Part shown: positions 23,596 to 36,762 of the stretch, piece by piece | Numbering within the stretch: position 1 is the stretch's first letter | Layout of the letters: each line of letters begins with the position of its first letter | The notes under the pieces: model-generated | Database searches by the model: none | What the model saw: only the letters and a program-made list of their open reading frames with translations | Told to the model about the DNA's origin: nothing | Assembly (NCBI RefSeq): GCF_964355755.1 | Contig: NC_092674.1 | Span: 13,392,001 to 13,456,000, forward strand | DNA: 64,000 bases | Direction of reading: 5' to 3' | Source: Antedon mediterranea | Taxonomy: Eukaryota > Animalia > Echinodermata | Translations under genes and position numbers: made by a program

Positions 23596-26500
23596 AGAGG
23601 GGAAACAAGACAAAATGGCGCATGCACTATCTGAACCCACACTTTCAGTCGATATCCAATAAAATGGACGAACTTAGAGCGAACGCGAAATACTTTCGTG
23701 AATTCCGTGATGCCAGTATAATGTCATTCACTGAAACATGGTTGCAGGATAGGCATGATGATTCTCATATCGAAATTAATGGTTGTAAAATACTTAGGGG
23801 AGACAGAACATGTGAATCAGGAAAGAAAAAGGGTGGTGGTATCTGTATTTACATCAATGAAAGATATTGTCACCAAAATAACGCAGTCGTGAAGAAGCAC
23901 AGATGCTCACCAAATTGTGAAATTCTTGTTGTAAGCGTACGCCCCTATTATATACCCAGGGAATTTTCACACATCATTGTTACTGTATATATTCCCAAAA
24001 CAAATCTGGTTAATAATGCATCGACAGAGATTGCAGAAGTACTGTACGACATAGAAGCTACCTCGCCCGATGCATTCGTTGTCATTAACGGAGATTTTAA
24101 TCGCGGATCATTGAAGAAGACAAGCGAGTACTACTACCAACACGTTACATGTCCTACGCGCGAAACAAGTATATTAGACCTCTGCTACACAAACGTGAAA
24201 AACGCATATGTTTCAACCCAGTGGCCGTGCTTGGGAGATCATTTTATAATCGTACTAAACCCGAAATACATTCCATTAGTTAAACGAGAGAAGCCAAGGA
24301 CTATTAAAGTAAAGAAATGGACAGCGGAAGCAACGGGACGCCTACAAGATGCATTTGATGATACGGACTGAGAGATGTTTATTAATAACCAACAGGTGGT
24401 AAACACCTAAAACGGTCCAGTCCCAATTTGCACAGTGGCTGTTAGTGACAGTGGCTGTGTTTGTGTGGACTAGTACACCGGGGTAACCCCCTACTCATCT
24501 CGAAAGATGTACTATGTTCTTTAAAGTGCGCATAAGCTATGTGTACACTGGACCTACAGTTTATAGTCCTTATCCGAGAAGACTCGTTCTACCACCAGAA
24601 CCAAGGAGCGAGTGAGCCTCGAACCCTTGCCGATGTTATGAATGAACTTACGGACACAGTGTCTGAATATATAAACTTTTGTAGTGATATGCTTATCCCA
24701 ACTAAAAAGGTTAAAGTATTTGCGAATAATAAACCGTGGATAACCAAAGATGTGAAAACTATTATTAACCGGAAACAGAAAGCATTTGCTGAAGGTAATA
24801 AAGCGAAATTAAAAGAGGTCCGTAAATACGTAAAGAAAAATACAAGTTTAAAAATAAGGTTGAAAAGAAGTTCACGGAAAATAACATGAAAGAGGTGTGG
24901 CAAGGAATGAGGTTAATGAGTGGACATATAAATAATAAACAAAAATCTGTATCGCTACCAAAAATTGACAAAGAATATATGCAAATGAATTAAATATATT
25001 TTTCAATCGTTTTAACAAATATGATTTTTCAAAAGAAATTAAGGAACGGAAGTGTCAGCTTGAATCAAATATAAATGACATAAAAATTGATACAAATGAG
25101 GGTGAAGTATATAAGTATTTTAGAAATTTGAATGCTAAGAAAGCTCCCGGGCCCGATAAACTTAAACCAAATATTTTAAAATCATGTGCAATGCAGTTAT
25201 CGTATATTTTCTCAATTATTTTTAATTTGTGTTTCACAACTAGTTCACTTTCAGAAACATGGAAACAATCATCTATTGTTCCTATTCCAAAAAGCCGTGT
25301 TATTAAGTATATGAATGATCTCAGGCCAGTTGCCTTAACATCAGTTGTAGGTAAAATATGTGAGAAAATTGTTTTAAAATGCTTAAAACCAATAGTCACT
25401 ACGCATACTGATCCCATGCAATTTGCATACAGAAGTGCTCGGAGCACAGAAGATGCGATTGTCGTTAAACTTGAAAGGCTGTATCGTCATTTAGATAAAC
25501 AAAGGTTGGAAATTCAACCCGTGTTATGTATTACGACTTCTCCTCTGCGTTTAACACTATTCAACCCCATTTACTAGTAGATAAGCTGTGTGAGATGGCC
25601 ATTCCCTTTAATTTGATTCTTTTTATTCTGAATTTTCTAACAAACAGAAAGCAGTATGTGAAGCTTAGCCCAACAGTATGTTCTGATGTTAGTGTTTCCA
25701 ATACAGGTGCGCCACAAGGCACTGTATTAGCCCCTTTTTTGTTTACCTTGTATACAAGTGATTATAGATCTAAATATGATTCTTGCCCAGTTGTACGATT
25801 TGCCGACGATACGGCAATGATTGGCTTGATTCAGAAGGACGATTGCACTTCATATTTAAATCAGATTAATAATTTTGTAAAATATAGTTATGATAACTTT
25901 TTAGAATTGAATGTTGAAAAAACAAAGGAAATTATTATAGATTTTAGAAAGAAAACGAATAAATGTGATCTAGTTGACATAATGGGTAGACAAGTTCAGA
26001 GGGTGGAAACATATAAATATCTGGGGGTTGTATTTAACAATAAATTGACGTGGAGTAACCACTTGGATCTTGTTATGAAGAAAGTAAATACTAGAATGTA
26101 CTGTTTAAGACAACTAAACAAGTTCAGTGTAAATTATAATATTTTGATTACATTCTATCAGGCTATTATTGTTGGGGTTTGGAAATATTGTATTGCAGGG
26201 TGGGGTGGAAATGTTACAGAGGGAGATAAGGGTAGAATTGATCGTGTGGTAAGAAGGGTTGAGAGGATGTCTGGTTTGTGTCAGCAGTCGGTGGATTCAG
26301 TTTATTGCGAGAACCTGGACAGGCTTTTTGGGATGGTGTTGAGGGATGAAAGTCATCCTGTGAATTCCGATTCAGGCAGTCTCAGGAGTGCTCGCAGTGG
26401 AAGATTGCGATCCGCGGCTGCTGACACAAACCGATATCTTTTCTCCTTTCTGCCCACAGGTATCGGGAGACATCAGCGACATACATCCAGAAGAGCACCA

Positions 26501-26635
26501 TGAAATAATATGTAATAATATGTTCTTGTTGTGAGTTTTTAATATTGGTATTGTTATGTTATTTTATATATTGTAATTGTGATGTATTTGAAGACGAGCA
26601 ATGTAATTTTCTCCTTGGGAACGAATAAAGACGCA
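23596..26635 (+). mobile_element. Decayed Rex1/Babar-like LINE (APE + RT) interrupted by a SINE
   Basis: ORF pieces 23622-24371 (SISNKMDEL, FTETW, GGGICIY, GDFN), 24640-24889, 25128-25577 (KAPGPD, DLRPVALT) and 25526-26503 (DFSSAFNTI, GAPQG, FADD, RMYCLRQL). Frameshifted; AATAAA near 26623. Confidence 0.88.
24395..24640 (-). mobile_element. 5'-truncated SINE, same family as 5390-5720, inserted in the LINE
   Basis: Near-identical core GTGTACACTGGACCTAC(A/G)GTTTATAGTCCTTATCCGAGAAGACTCGTTCTACCACCAGAACC...CCTCGAACCCT. The LINE reading frame resumes at NELTDTVSEYINFC. Confidence 0.8.
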
Positions 26636-26654
26636 TGTCAATTTCTTGTTATGC

Positions 26655-26940
26655 ATTTTATTTTATTTTATTTTATTCAATTTTCAGGCACAACAATACA
26701 TGACAACACAGCGGTGCAGCACCCTGAGGATTGCCATGAGTGCAAAGCACTATCGAGATGGCTCTCCATACTGCACTAGAACATATACACAAGATGCTCT
26801 ACATAGACAAAGACTTATTATTAAGTCTTTGGGAGTGGAGTTGTAAATTGTCATGAGAAAAAAACCCTGACATATGACAGGACTTGAACCCAGGACCCTT
26901 AGATTGGTAGCCAAGCATCATAACCACCAAGCCAAGCTCC
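26655..26940 (-). mobile_element. tRNA-derived SINE (second family)
   Basis: Minus strand: head GGAGCTTGGCTTGGTGGTTA, box B GGTTCAAGTCC, (AAAAT)n tail. A related copy lies at ~63095-63232. Confidence 0.75.
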
Positions 26941-29900
26941 ACTCCCTCTCTCCTATTATGCTAAAAAAATGGATCAATACAAAGTATGATTGATATACAT
27001 ATTTTACATTTACTTTGTTTATTTTCAGGATTTTCCATCTTTAGGACAGCTTCATGAAAAATTATTATTAAGAAATGTACTGTAATTCCGATTTTTGCAG
27101 TTAGCAAAATCAAAACAGCGTGACGATCCAGCTCTTTATCAGGTATTGAATATGTTGAATCATGATAGAATACATTCTAGTATCTTGTGTTAATTCTTTA
27201 GAATTCTCCACATGCTAGTCCTATTAGTGCATGGGTTTAGTATCTGCTACTTGATCAACTTATATATATATATATATTGTTATCTGAAAAGTAATGGTTG
27301 GATATGCCATTTTAATGTCATGTAATAGTTATTCCATTCCAAAAATTTGGTCGGAAAAAAATGATTTACCTACCTGCCACTGCAGCATCTACCCAGATCA
27401 GCATGCTGGGAGATGAACCCTGCTCTTTTTTTTAATAATGTACCAAGTTCTTTAACATGCACTGTACAAGGGGCCAGCGGCTTTATGTCCCATCCAGAGT
27501 ATGAGGTATATTTTAATTTGTATTTCTTTATTTCAACAGGAATTAAGTTGTAAATGAGTTTTTCCCAGGTGGATCTGTGGGAACACTAGCTAGTGATTCA
27601 AAAAACATTATTGAACTTGTTCGTAGTAGTTATGATGTAAGTTTGGAGTTTTTCATAGCACCTTTATTTTTATTTGAGATTTTTTCCCAGTAGTTTTTTT
27701 TTCACCAATTATTATGTCATTAACACAAAACCAGCTAAGCAAACATTTATGCTGTTTGTGAAACAATTTTTGGATTTATAGGCCTTTATCGAGTGTAAAT
27801 AAAATTAGGCCTACATGCCATTAAAACTTCTTGAAAAATTGCTTTTTCTACAGACTTCGATGAATAAAGTACTGACGATTTTAAATGATATTGCAATATA
27901 TTTTTGTTTTGTTTTTATATAGTATTTATATGCATTTTTAATGTTTATACAAATTATATGTTATATGTATGTTATATGTAAATGTTTTTTATACAATCAG
28001 TGCAATAGGAGACTAGATAGTGATTAAGGTCGCTTTTTAGGAATCCTGTCTCTGCCTAGTGTTGTGTGATGTTTTCTTTTCTTTGTCCATGTTTTTCTAT
28101 ATTGTATTTTTATGGAGACAAAAAAATAAATGAAATGAAATAAAGTTTGATGTAACATTTAACTACATAAAAAGACTTGACCTCAATTAAAGTAACATTT
28201 TTCTTGTTCAAAATTACTTTAATTCTGTAAAAAACATCTTTCACACAGATGTGGAGTTATACACCATGCAGCGAAAGGATTAATGCACACATTTTGTTAA
28301 TTGCACATGTTTTATTAGTTATTAGTATCATAATTAATTAAAAAAATTATTTTTATAGAAAATTACATCTGAGATTCAACTTGTAGACACGGTGACAGCT
28401 CCTATTCATGTAACCTACTCAGCCTATTGCGATGGCGAGACATTGACAACAAATTCGCAGAACTGTAGTAACATTCGCTTAGAAAATGTCATTACATTTA
28501 AACTGTGTTGACAAATCCTATCTCGTAAGACATGTTTACATTGTTTATTACCAATCACAAGTGGAGCATTAACCTTGGTCCATGCGTTGGAACGCTTAAA
28601 ACAAATGTTTCTGCTGCCCAAGCCTGACTGACCCAATATATTTTGGTCAGCTTCTTTTTTTATTTGTTTAATTGTAGGAGCATTTAATGAAAAAGCACAA
28701 ATAAAATTAAAAGGCAATATTATTTTCCCAAAAATTAATTATTTTTAAATCAACACTAAGGATTGAAGTAACAAGTAAATTGAAATTGCATTTTCTCTAG
28801 AACTACTTGTCCAAAAAACTTCATTTTTGTACAAGAGGCAAGAGTTATAATTTGTGATTTGTAATTTTAAAACATAATTCGATTTAATGTGCACCTTTTT
28901 TTATGCGAGTAGTTTAAAAACCTATTTCTTTTCAAATTCACTCGTTTGATGTTCGTGTTGCTGTTCTATTGTTAGTCAACTGAAGCTATTGTTAATTTAA
29001 AGGCTTGTTACACATAACCTTGCATACACATGCTTGTAGTGAAATTAGCCTAAATCACAAACAGCATTAAGACACACACAAATATATATACAGTATATAT
29101 ATTTTTCCCGGAGTAATCTTATGTAGGAGAATTTTACAGTAGGCGGAAGTATGCACTCGTTATTATTATTTTAAAAATGTCCATTTACTGGATAAATGGT
29201 ATGATTGATACAAAGTTGAATAATTTCGACTATGCAGTGGTTGAAAAAATAAGAGCTTTCTTTTAATATTAATAAGTTACAGGATACATGATGTGCTTGA
29301 ATTTTTATCAAAATATTTAGTTTTTCATTTAAACCTCTCGGATTTGAAGAGAACCTAGAAGTTGTCATAATAACAAATTGTGAATGTGAATGTACCAAAT
29401 CTGTGACACCAGACAGTAAGCTGTGTAGCAATGGTAATGGTTCACTGGTCTGTGGTATTTGTGAGTGTAATGAAGGCCGGTATGGAGAGGTCTGTGAATG
29501 TGATGACACTGGCTCAGATGAAACTGAAACACTTGCAGATAGTTTACCATGTCAAACGTAAGTTAATTTTTCTAAGGTTTTTTCAACTTCTTTACTTTAT
29601 TTCCTTTTTGCAAAAGCATAATATACCGCTAACCTAGTTTACTATTGATTATTTATCATACATCAAGCATAAAAAAAATATTCCTGTTGAGTGTAGTTTA
29701 CAATTGTTTAACCATTATTTTCTGAACACATACTGTAAACTATAGAGGGCAGAAATCATAATTTTGATTTCTTATTTTCAATATCCAATCAATGAAATGA
29801 TGTATATGCCTATATGTACTTGTATGTTTAAAAAATATTAGTCAAATCCTATTTTCATTTATTTCAATAGAAGTAACTCATCTTTGGTTTGTTCAGGTCA

Positions 29901-30026
29901 AGGGTCATGCATATGTGCGAAATGTGTGTGTAACAGGCGACAAGTAGGTGAAATAATTATATGATTTTATAGTTTTCTTATTGTGGAATATCAGTAGGTC
30001 AACTATTACAGTATGTACTGTGAGTA

Positions 30027-33000
30027 AATTGTCTTGTTATATCGTCTTAAATTTGTTGTTTCGGTGATATTTTTGTATCCAGTTGCCTTATTTATACTTT
30101 CATTATGTATCTAAGTATAGTTATATCGTGTTTCGAGCTCTGGTTTCTGTTGGTTTTCGATGGAATTGGTAGTTGTTTGTCGACGGTACCACCTAGGCCG
30201 AGTTACCCACCCTGCTACATCACGTATAGCCGCGATTAGCTCATTCAACTCCGACCTGCGTTACCCGGCGTGCAACGTAGATCTAGGCCTAGTGCCACTG
30301 ACACTGACACGTTAGGAGCGCAGATCAAAAACAGGAAACGAGGGAGAAGAGGTGGTCTTAAAGCTAGACTTAAACGCCGTAAGTTTTCTGCTCCGCTACC
30401 CTCTATACTAACAGGGAATGCTCAGTCACTCCGCAATAAACTGGATGAGTTGAAAGCATGCACCCTTTATCTCAAGGATTATCGTGATGCAAATTTGATA
30501 TGTATATGTCTGAGACATTTTTTACAGATACTGATTCTGAGTTTGATACAAACATCGATGGATTCTCATGTGAAAGGTCTGACCGAACACTAGACTCTGG
30601 AAAATCCATTGGAGGCGGTGTTTGCGTTTTTGTCAACAGTCTATGGTGCAACAATGTTACGGTGAAATATCGGCGGTGTACTACTAACTCATTACTGTTT
30701 CGCTTCGTCCATTTTATCTTCCTCGCGAGTTCAATAAAATTTTTGTCACAGTAGTCTACATCCACCCAAGAGCTGATATGAAAGTAGCTGCATCTGACAT
30801 TCAAACCATATTAAGTGAACTGGACACAGAATCCCCTGATGCTGTTAAGTTAGTCACTGGTGACTTTAACTCGTGCGACCTCAAGAAGGTTTCGAATTAT
30901 TATCAGTACGTAGACTTTCCCACACGCGGTAACAAAATACTTGATTGTTGTTACGGCAACATAAAGAACGCGTACAAGTCAGGTAAATCTTTAATACCAG
31001 CTTATAAACAAAAGTTAAAACAAAGTAAACCAATGGTCAAGGAAATCAAAGTGTGGACAAATGATAGTATGGAGGAATTTAAAGGATGTCTTGAAGCTAC
31101 GAATTTGGATGTGTTTATGAATACAGATTCTATTGACGCCACTATGGAAACAATTGTTGAATACATTATTTTTTGTGAGTCTAGCATCATTAAAAAGAAA
31201 GAAATAAACATTTATCCAAATTGTAAACCATGGGTCACTAAGGATATCTGAGAACTTTTACAGCAAAAACAACAAGCTGTCCGCAATAATGATGTTATGG
31301 AAAAGAAGCGTATTCAGAAGTTAAGGAAAAAGCGAATTAATGATGCCAAACGCAAATTTGGAGAGAAAATAAAGAATGATTTTGATAGCGGTAACCCCAA
31401 GCAAGCATGGAATGGATTAAAGAAAGTTATTGGAAACGCGAAAAGGCAGAACACAATAATAGTTCCATCCGGATCCCGACCATTGGACTTTGCAAATAAA
31501 CTAAATATATTTTTTAACAGATTTGATAATGATGACCAAATTAATAATACTAATGATAATGATGTTAAACTGAACCTAGAGTTAAATACAACCAAATCTG
31601 ATGTACCTGAATTTGATCTGCTTTCAGTTGAGAAAGTATTTAAGGGTGTTAAGCCAAATAAAGCAGCTGGGTCAGATAAACTAACTGGCAATATTTTAAA
31701 GTCATGCTATAAACAACTTGCGCCTATCTTTTGTAGATTATTTAACTGGTCGTTAAGCTCTTCTTGTGTCCCATGCATGTGGAAGTATTCAATAATAGCC
31801 CCAATAAATAAAGTACCTAAGCCGAAAATATTAAATGATTATCGTCCTGTTGCTCTAACCCAAATTATTACAAAGTGCTTTGAGAGGCTATTTAAAGATG
31901 TATTGATTAAAGAAACGTTGCCTTTTGTTGATAATAATCAGTTTGCATACTGTAGTAATAGAGGTGTCGACGATGCAATAACTACCCTCTTGCATCCAAT
32001 CTATGAAACTTTGGATAAACCTAGGCAATATGTAAGGACGTTATTTTTAGATTTTTCTTCGGCTTTCAATTCAATGAAACCAAACATACTTCTTGATAAA
32101 TTAGTTAGTATGAATGTTAATCCTTTTGTTTGTCTATGGATCAGAGATTTCTTGAAAAACAGAACCCAGCGTGTTAGAATTGATAATGTTTTGTCTGATA
32201 TCATTGTTTCAAACACCGGTGCCCTACAGGGATGCATGCGTGTTATCTCCATTGTTGTTCACATTATATACAAGCGACCTTAGAAGTGAATCATGTCAAA
32301 TAGTTAAATTTGCTGATCACAGGTTTAATTGTAAACAATGATGAGAGCACGTATAGAACTGAAGTTAATAATATAATTAACTGGTGTGATATGAACTGTC
32401 TAAGTATTAATGTAAATAAAACAAAGGAAATTGTGTTTGACTTTCGTAAAATTAAGAGGCAACTTATACCTTTAAATATGAAAGATAATGATGTCCGCAC
32501 AACTAGTGAACATAAATATTTAGGAGTATAGATAGATGAAAAACTGTCATGGAACGCCAAGACTGCCAAAGTCTATGCGAAGGCAAACCAAAGATTGTAC
32601 TTCTTAAGGAAATTAAGAAACTTTAAGATTGGCAGAGATGCGCTGTCTCTATTCCATCAGGCTATGATACAGTCCATATTAACATTTTGCTGTATTGTAT
32701 GGCTAAATAGTTTATCTAAGTATAACTCAAATAAATTACAGAGAATAATAAAAATGGCTAAGAAGGTAATAGGTGCAAACGTCCCATCTATCCATGATAT
32801 ATGCGATAAGGTTATGGAGAAAAAACTAAAATGTATAATTAACGGCCAGTCTCATCCTCTTTTTAACTTTATAAATTTCAGTAGATCCCGAAGGATGATT
32901 CCTTCAATTAAGAAGACTGAGCGTCATAATAAATCATTTCTTCCGTGTGCAATCAGGCAATACAACAAGCAATTTAAAAGATAACTTGAGACGTTTTATA

Positions 33001-33204
33001 TTTTATTCTTTATATAGTATTTTAATATTTATACTGTTCATAATGTTTTATACATAGCATATTTTCTTATATATTATCTTATCTATTGTATAGTATTGTA
33101 TGTTTTTAACTGTTGTTATTTTTATTGTAATTTGAACCTTGGAAGGCAAATTTCATTTACTGTGTATTTGACAATAAATTTTAACTTGAACTTGAACTTG
33201 AACT
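30027..33204 (+). mobile_element. Near full-length Rex1/Babar-like LINE, specific to copy 2
   Basis: KRGRRGGLKARL / PLPSILTGNAQSLRNKLDEL N-terminus, APE and RT pieces (30270-32984, frameshifted). (AACTTG)4 tail. TGAGTA duplicated at 30021-30026 and 33205-33210. Empty site in copy 1 at 2585-2590. Confidence 0.92.
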
Positions 33205-33561
33205 TGAGTATACTATAGTGGGTCAATTAGAGTAAAAAAGAAGTTCCAATTTTTAAAATCTGTTGCTGATGATAATTTACAATTAGTAAGTGCAAAATAT
33301 TAAAAATAATGTAACCCTATACATAGAAAATGTCACTCTTTTATATAGGATCGTGAGAGGAGGAGGCGAGACTCAAGTAGTCAATTTGTTATTTATAACT
33401 ATATTGTACATGTTAAATTTCTCTATTTCTAATAATGGCCAACTGCTATGTGATCAACAGTTACACTGGTGACGTGATCAGTTAGTTTTAAAAAATATAT
33501 GCAATGATTGTCATCATTATTACAGTTCAATAAAAATGTTATTACCATATTAACATGTTTT

Positions 33562-33807
33562 ATATTATTCAAATTCAAAATTCAAAAATCTTTTATTGTC
33601 CAATTACATACAAAATACATACATGCCATTGGAAATGTGTCGTTTGATACACTACATACAAAACAATTAAAATATAAAGAGTTATACTGTACATCATTCA
33701 CAAAACATGTAACAACACAAGAAATAAAAAATTTAAATATAGAAAAAGCACACGTACTGTAACTTAAACTAAATCTTAATGCATGGTGTAGTGGAAAGAC
33801 TAGCCGA
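33562..33807 (-). mobile_element. Short LINE 3'-end insertion, specific to copy 2
   Basis: Absent in copy 1 (~2920). The minus strand ends in AATAAAA plus a (TTTGAA)-type tail. Confidence 0.55.
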
Positions 33808-36762
33808 ATGCCAAGCTACATTATAATCCAACCCACTAATTTTTTGCCAAATGTTGTAACCCGGCTCCTGATAATATACTGGTCATATATTTTCTTGAAT
33901 GCAATTAATATAATATAAAATGTATTATAAATAGAGCTTTTTTGTTATGATTAATATTTTTTTCTTTTTCAAGAATCCTTTAGAAAAAATCACAGGAAAG
34001 TTTTGCAACTGTAATAACTTCTCTTGTCGCAGAGATTCTGCTGACCTCATTTGTGGTGGTATGTTTAATTTTGTTTATACTGTATTTTCTTTTTCATGCA
34101 CATACTTTGGTCAATTTAAGCTCTGCTGACAATATTAAGGACCATATCAGCATTTTTCTACTACAGTAACTAAATATCTTGAATATGATTTTAGTCGTGT
34201 TTCAAATGTAGAAGCTATGATAGTCATTGCAATAAACAGTGTGTATTATTACCCAAATTAGATTATTAGATTATTGCATTGCATAAACAGGTTAAACAGA
34301 AACAAAATAGTTTAGTTACTGCAATAACTGCAATAAGATAATCAATCTCTGTAGACAATTTATTATATTATTTCTCTGTGATTTTTTGCCTTTGAACATC
34401 ATGAAAATGGTAGTATTACAAATGAGGTATTTAATTATTATTAATTATTATGAAAATGGTTTTGAGCATCTTGTGTATAATATACAGTATGCTGTGCTAT
34501 ATAACATGGACTTGATAGAAATAATTTATGACTAAGCTCTGTCTACACTATCACACTTTCTGTGCCTAAATTGACGTGCCGATGGACACGATAACATCAT
34601 ATCAATACCCTTTTTTTTGTCAAACTGTGATAGTGTAGACAGATCTTATAGGTATTTATTAACTTTGATAGGTCCATCAAAAGGAACATGCATTTGTGGT
34701 CAGTGTGAATGCAAGCCAGGCTATAGTGGTCCTGATTGCAGTTGTCCAACCAGCATTGAAAACTGCCTAGCATCTACTGGAAAAGAGTGCAATGACGCTG
34801 GACACTGTGAATGTGGTGTTTGCATGTGCAATGCAACACTGGTCTACGATGGCCCAACTTGTGAGGATTGTGATGTAAGTTCATTTATGTTAAAATATTT
34901 AGTGCATCCTCAAATTCAAATGTATGATGTCATCATCATCAGGATTGATCAAATGCCCTATTCATAGAAATATTAATAAATTATTATCCATTAGTTCAAT
35001 TTTAATTATTTTATTTCATGTAATCTGGGATCTCTTTTATACAAAGCTTCTGGTTTCTTGAGACTCCATTTCATCATTTTAACATTGTACAGTTACCATA
35101 ATAATTTATACTGTACCATAATTTTTCCAATGATTTTTCTGATGATGAATAAATGTATTTGTATTATAATATACTTCTATTTTCTATGTAAAACTGTCTT
35201 AAGTTTAAGTCATGTGACACCCATCACCGAATCGTTCCACCTATTTTGTACTTACTGTACGACAGAACCCCATAATCATATTTACTGATGTTTGTAGACA
35301 TGTCCAGCTAAATGTGATCGCAATTGTGACTGTGTGCAATGTCTCGCTTACGGTACAGGTATATCTGAGGAAAAATGCCAAGAGTGTCCTCAAAGAATTA
35401 TACTTGTCGAGGAAGAAGAATTAATAGGTAAGAATTGTAGGAACATTTTAATTGAAAAGTAATAAACTCATTTATTTTATTTGATTTGTCTTCAAGATTC
35501 TGTAAACCTTCTTGTTTCATTTCTTTTATTGTATTCATCTGATAAAAAAACTTTAAAAAGGATAAAACACAGATTAAATTACATTAGTACAATCCAATGT
35601 CTTGAGTTGCCATGTTGTAATTGGTGGTTCACAGTGTTGATAAACTATAAAGTATAGTAGGACAAGCATATGACAATTTAGGAAATGTTTCTGGTTTGTT
35701 CAGGGAAGAGTGCCTTATGCATATGTTGCTTTCACGACACATGCATTGCGTACTACACTTCCTGTCGAAGCAAAATGAACAAGTGTTTTAACAAAACTTT
35801 TCTCTGAAAACTACGCTGTTATGCAAATGAACAGAAATGAAAGCTCTTTATCAGCTATCTGTTCATGATGTTATAAGAACTGTATAATCTATACTGAGTT
35901 TTAGCAGGTACTGTATAATTTATGCCATTGTAAAATATTATTATAAAGATTTTCTTAAGCACTTAAAGGAAATCTTCTGTGATCTAATAGTTTTATATAC
36001 TAGTTGTTTATTATCTTGAATTATACAAAATTTGTAACAAATAAAGATTATTTATAAAGGAAGAAGAAGGTTTAATTGGTAAGAAGTCGAAAAGTTGAAA
36101 AGTAATAAACTAATTTATTATATTTATTTTTTATTTAATTTCATTTATATATTCATCCGTTAAAATTAAAATTGATTAAAAAAATGGTCCTCATCATCTG
36201 TTTTCTATGGGGTTGTGTATTGCTGATCTAGCGAATTATAGGGCTAGGCCTGTTTGTGTTAATCAAAAGCTTTCAGCACTTGCATATTGATGTTTCCAGT
36301 TCATAAATTCCTTTCAGGGAAATTGGTTGTTCGAATAGTTTTTACTTTTTGCGAACTGAAAAAAAAATCAGGAATTGATGGAAGTAATTCTCGGGTGGGA
36401 CATAAACCCATGACTTTTGGCAGTAATGACTGAAGCATTGTTTGCCAAAACATTTTATTTACTTTCAAAATATAAATCGCGTTAAAAAAAGTACTGCTCT
36501 AACCACTGTTGAAATATATCCCCTATGAAGAAAACTATGCATTGCTTTCTATAAAAACCTTGTATCTCCACATAGTTTTACAGGTGGATGCTTTATATTT
36601 TGTGCTAGGTAGGTGTGTAATGAATTGGAGAATGCCAGAGATTCCAGTAAAATATAAAACTTAATAATAAATATAAAATACATTTCTGGTTTTAGATAAG
36701 TATTTTGATAAAAGGCCACACAGATTCCAGTAATAATAATAATAATTAAATTCTGGTTTTTT

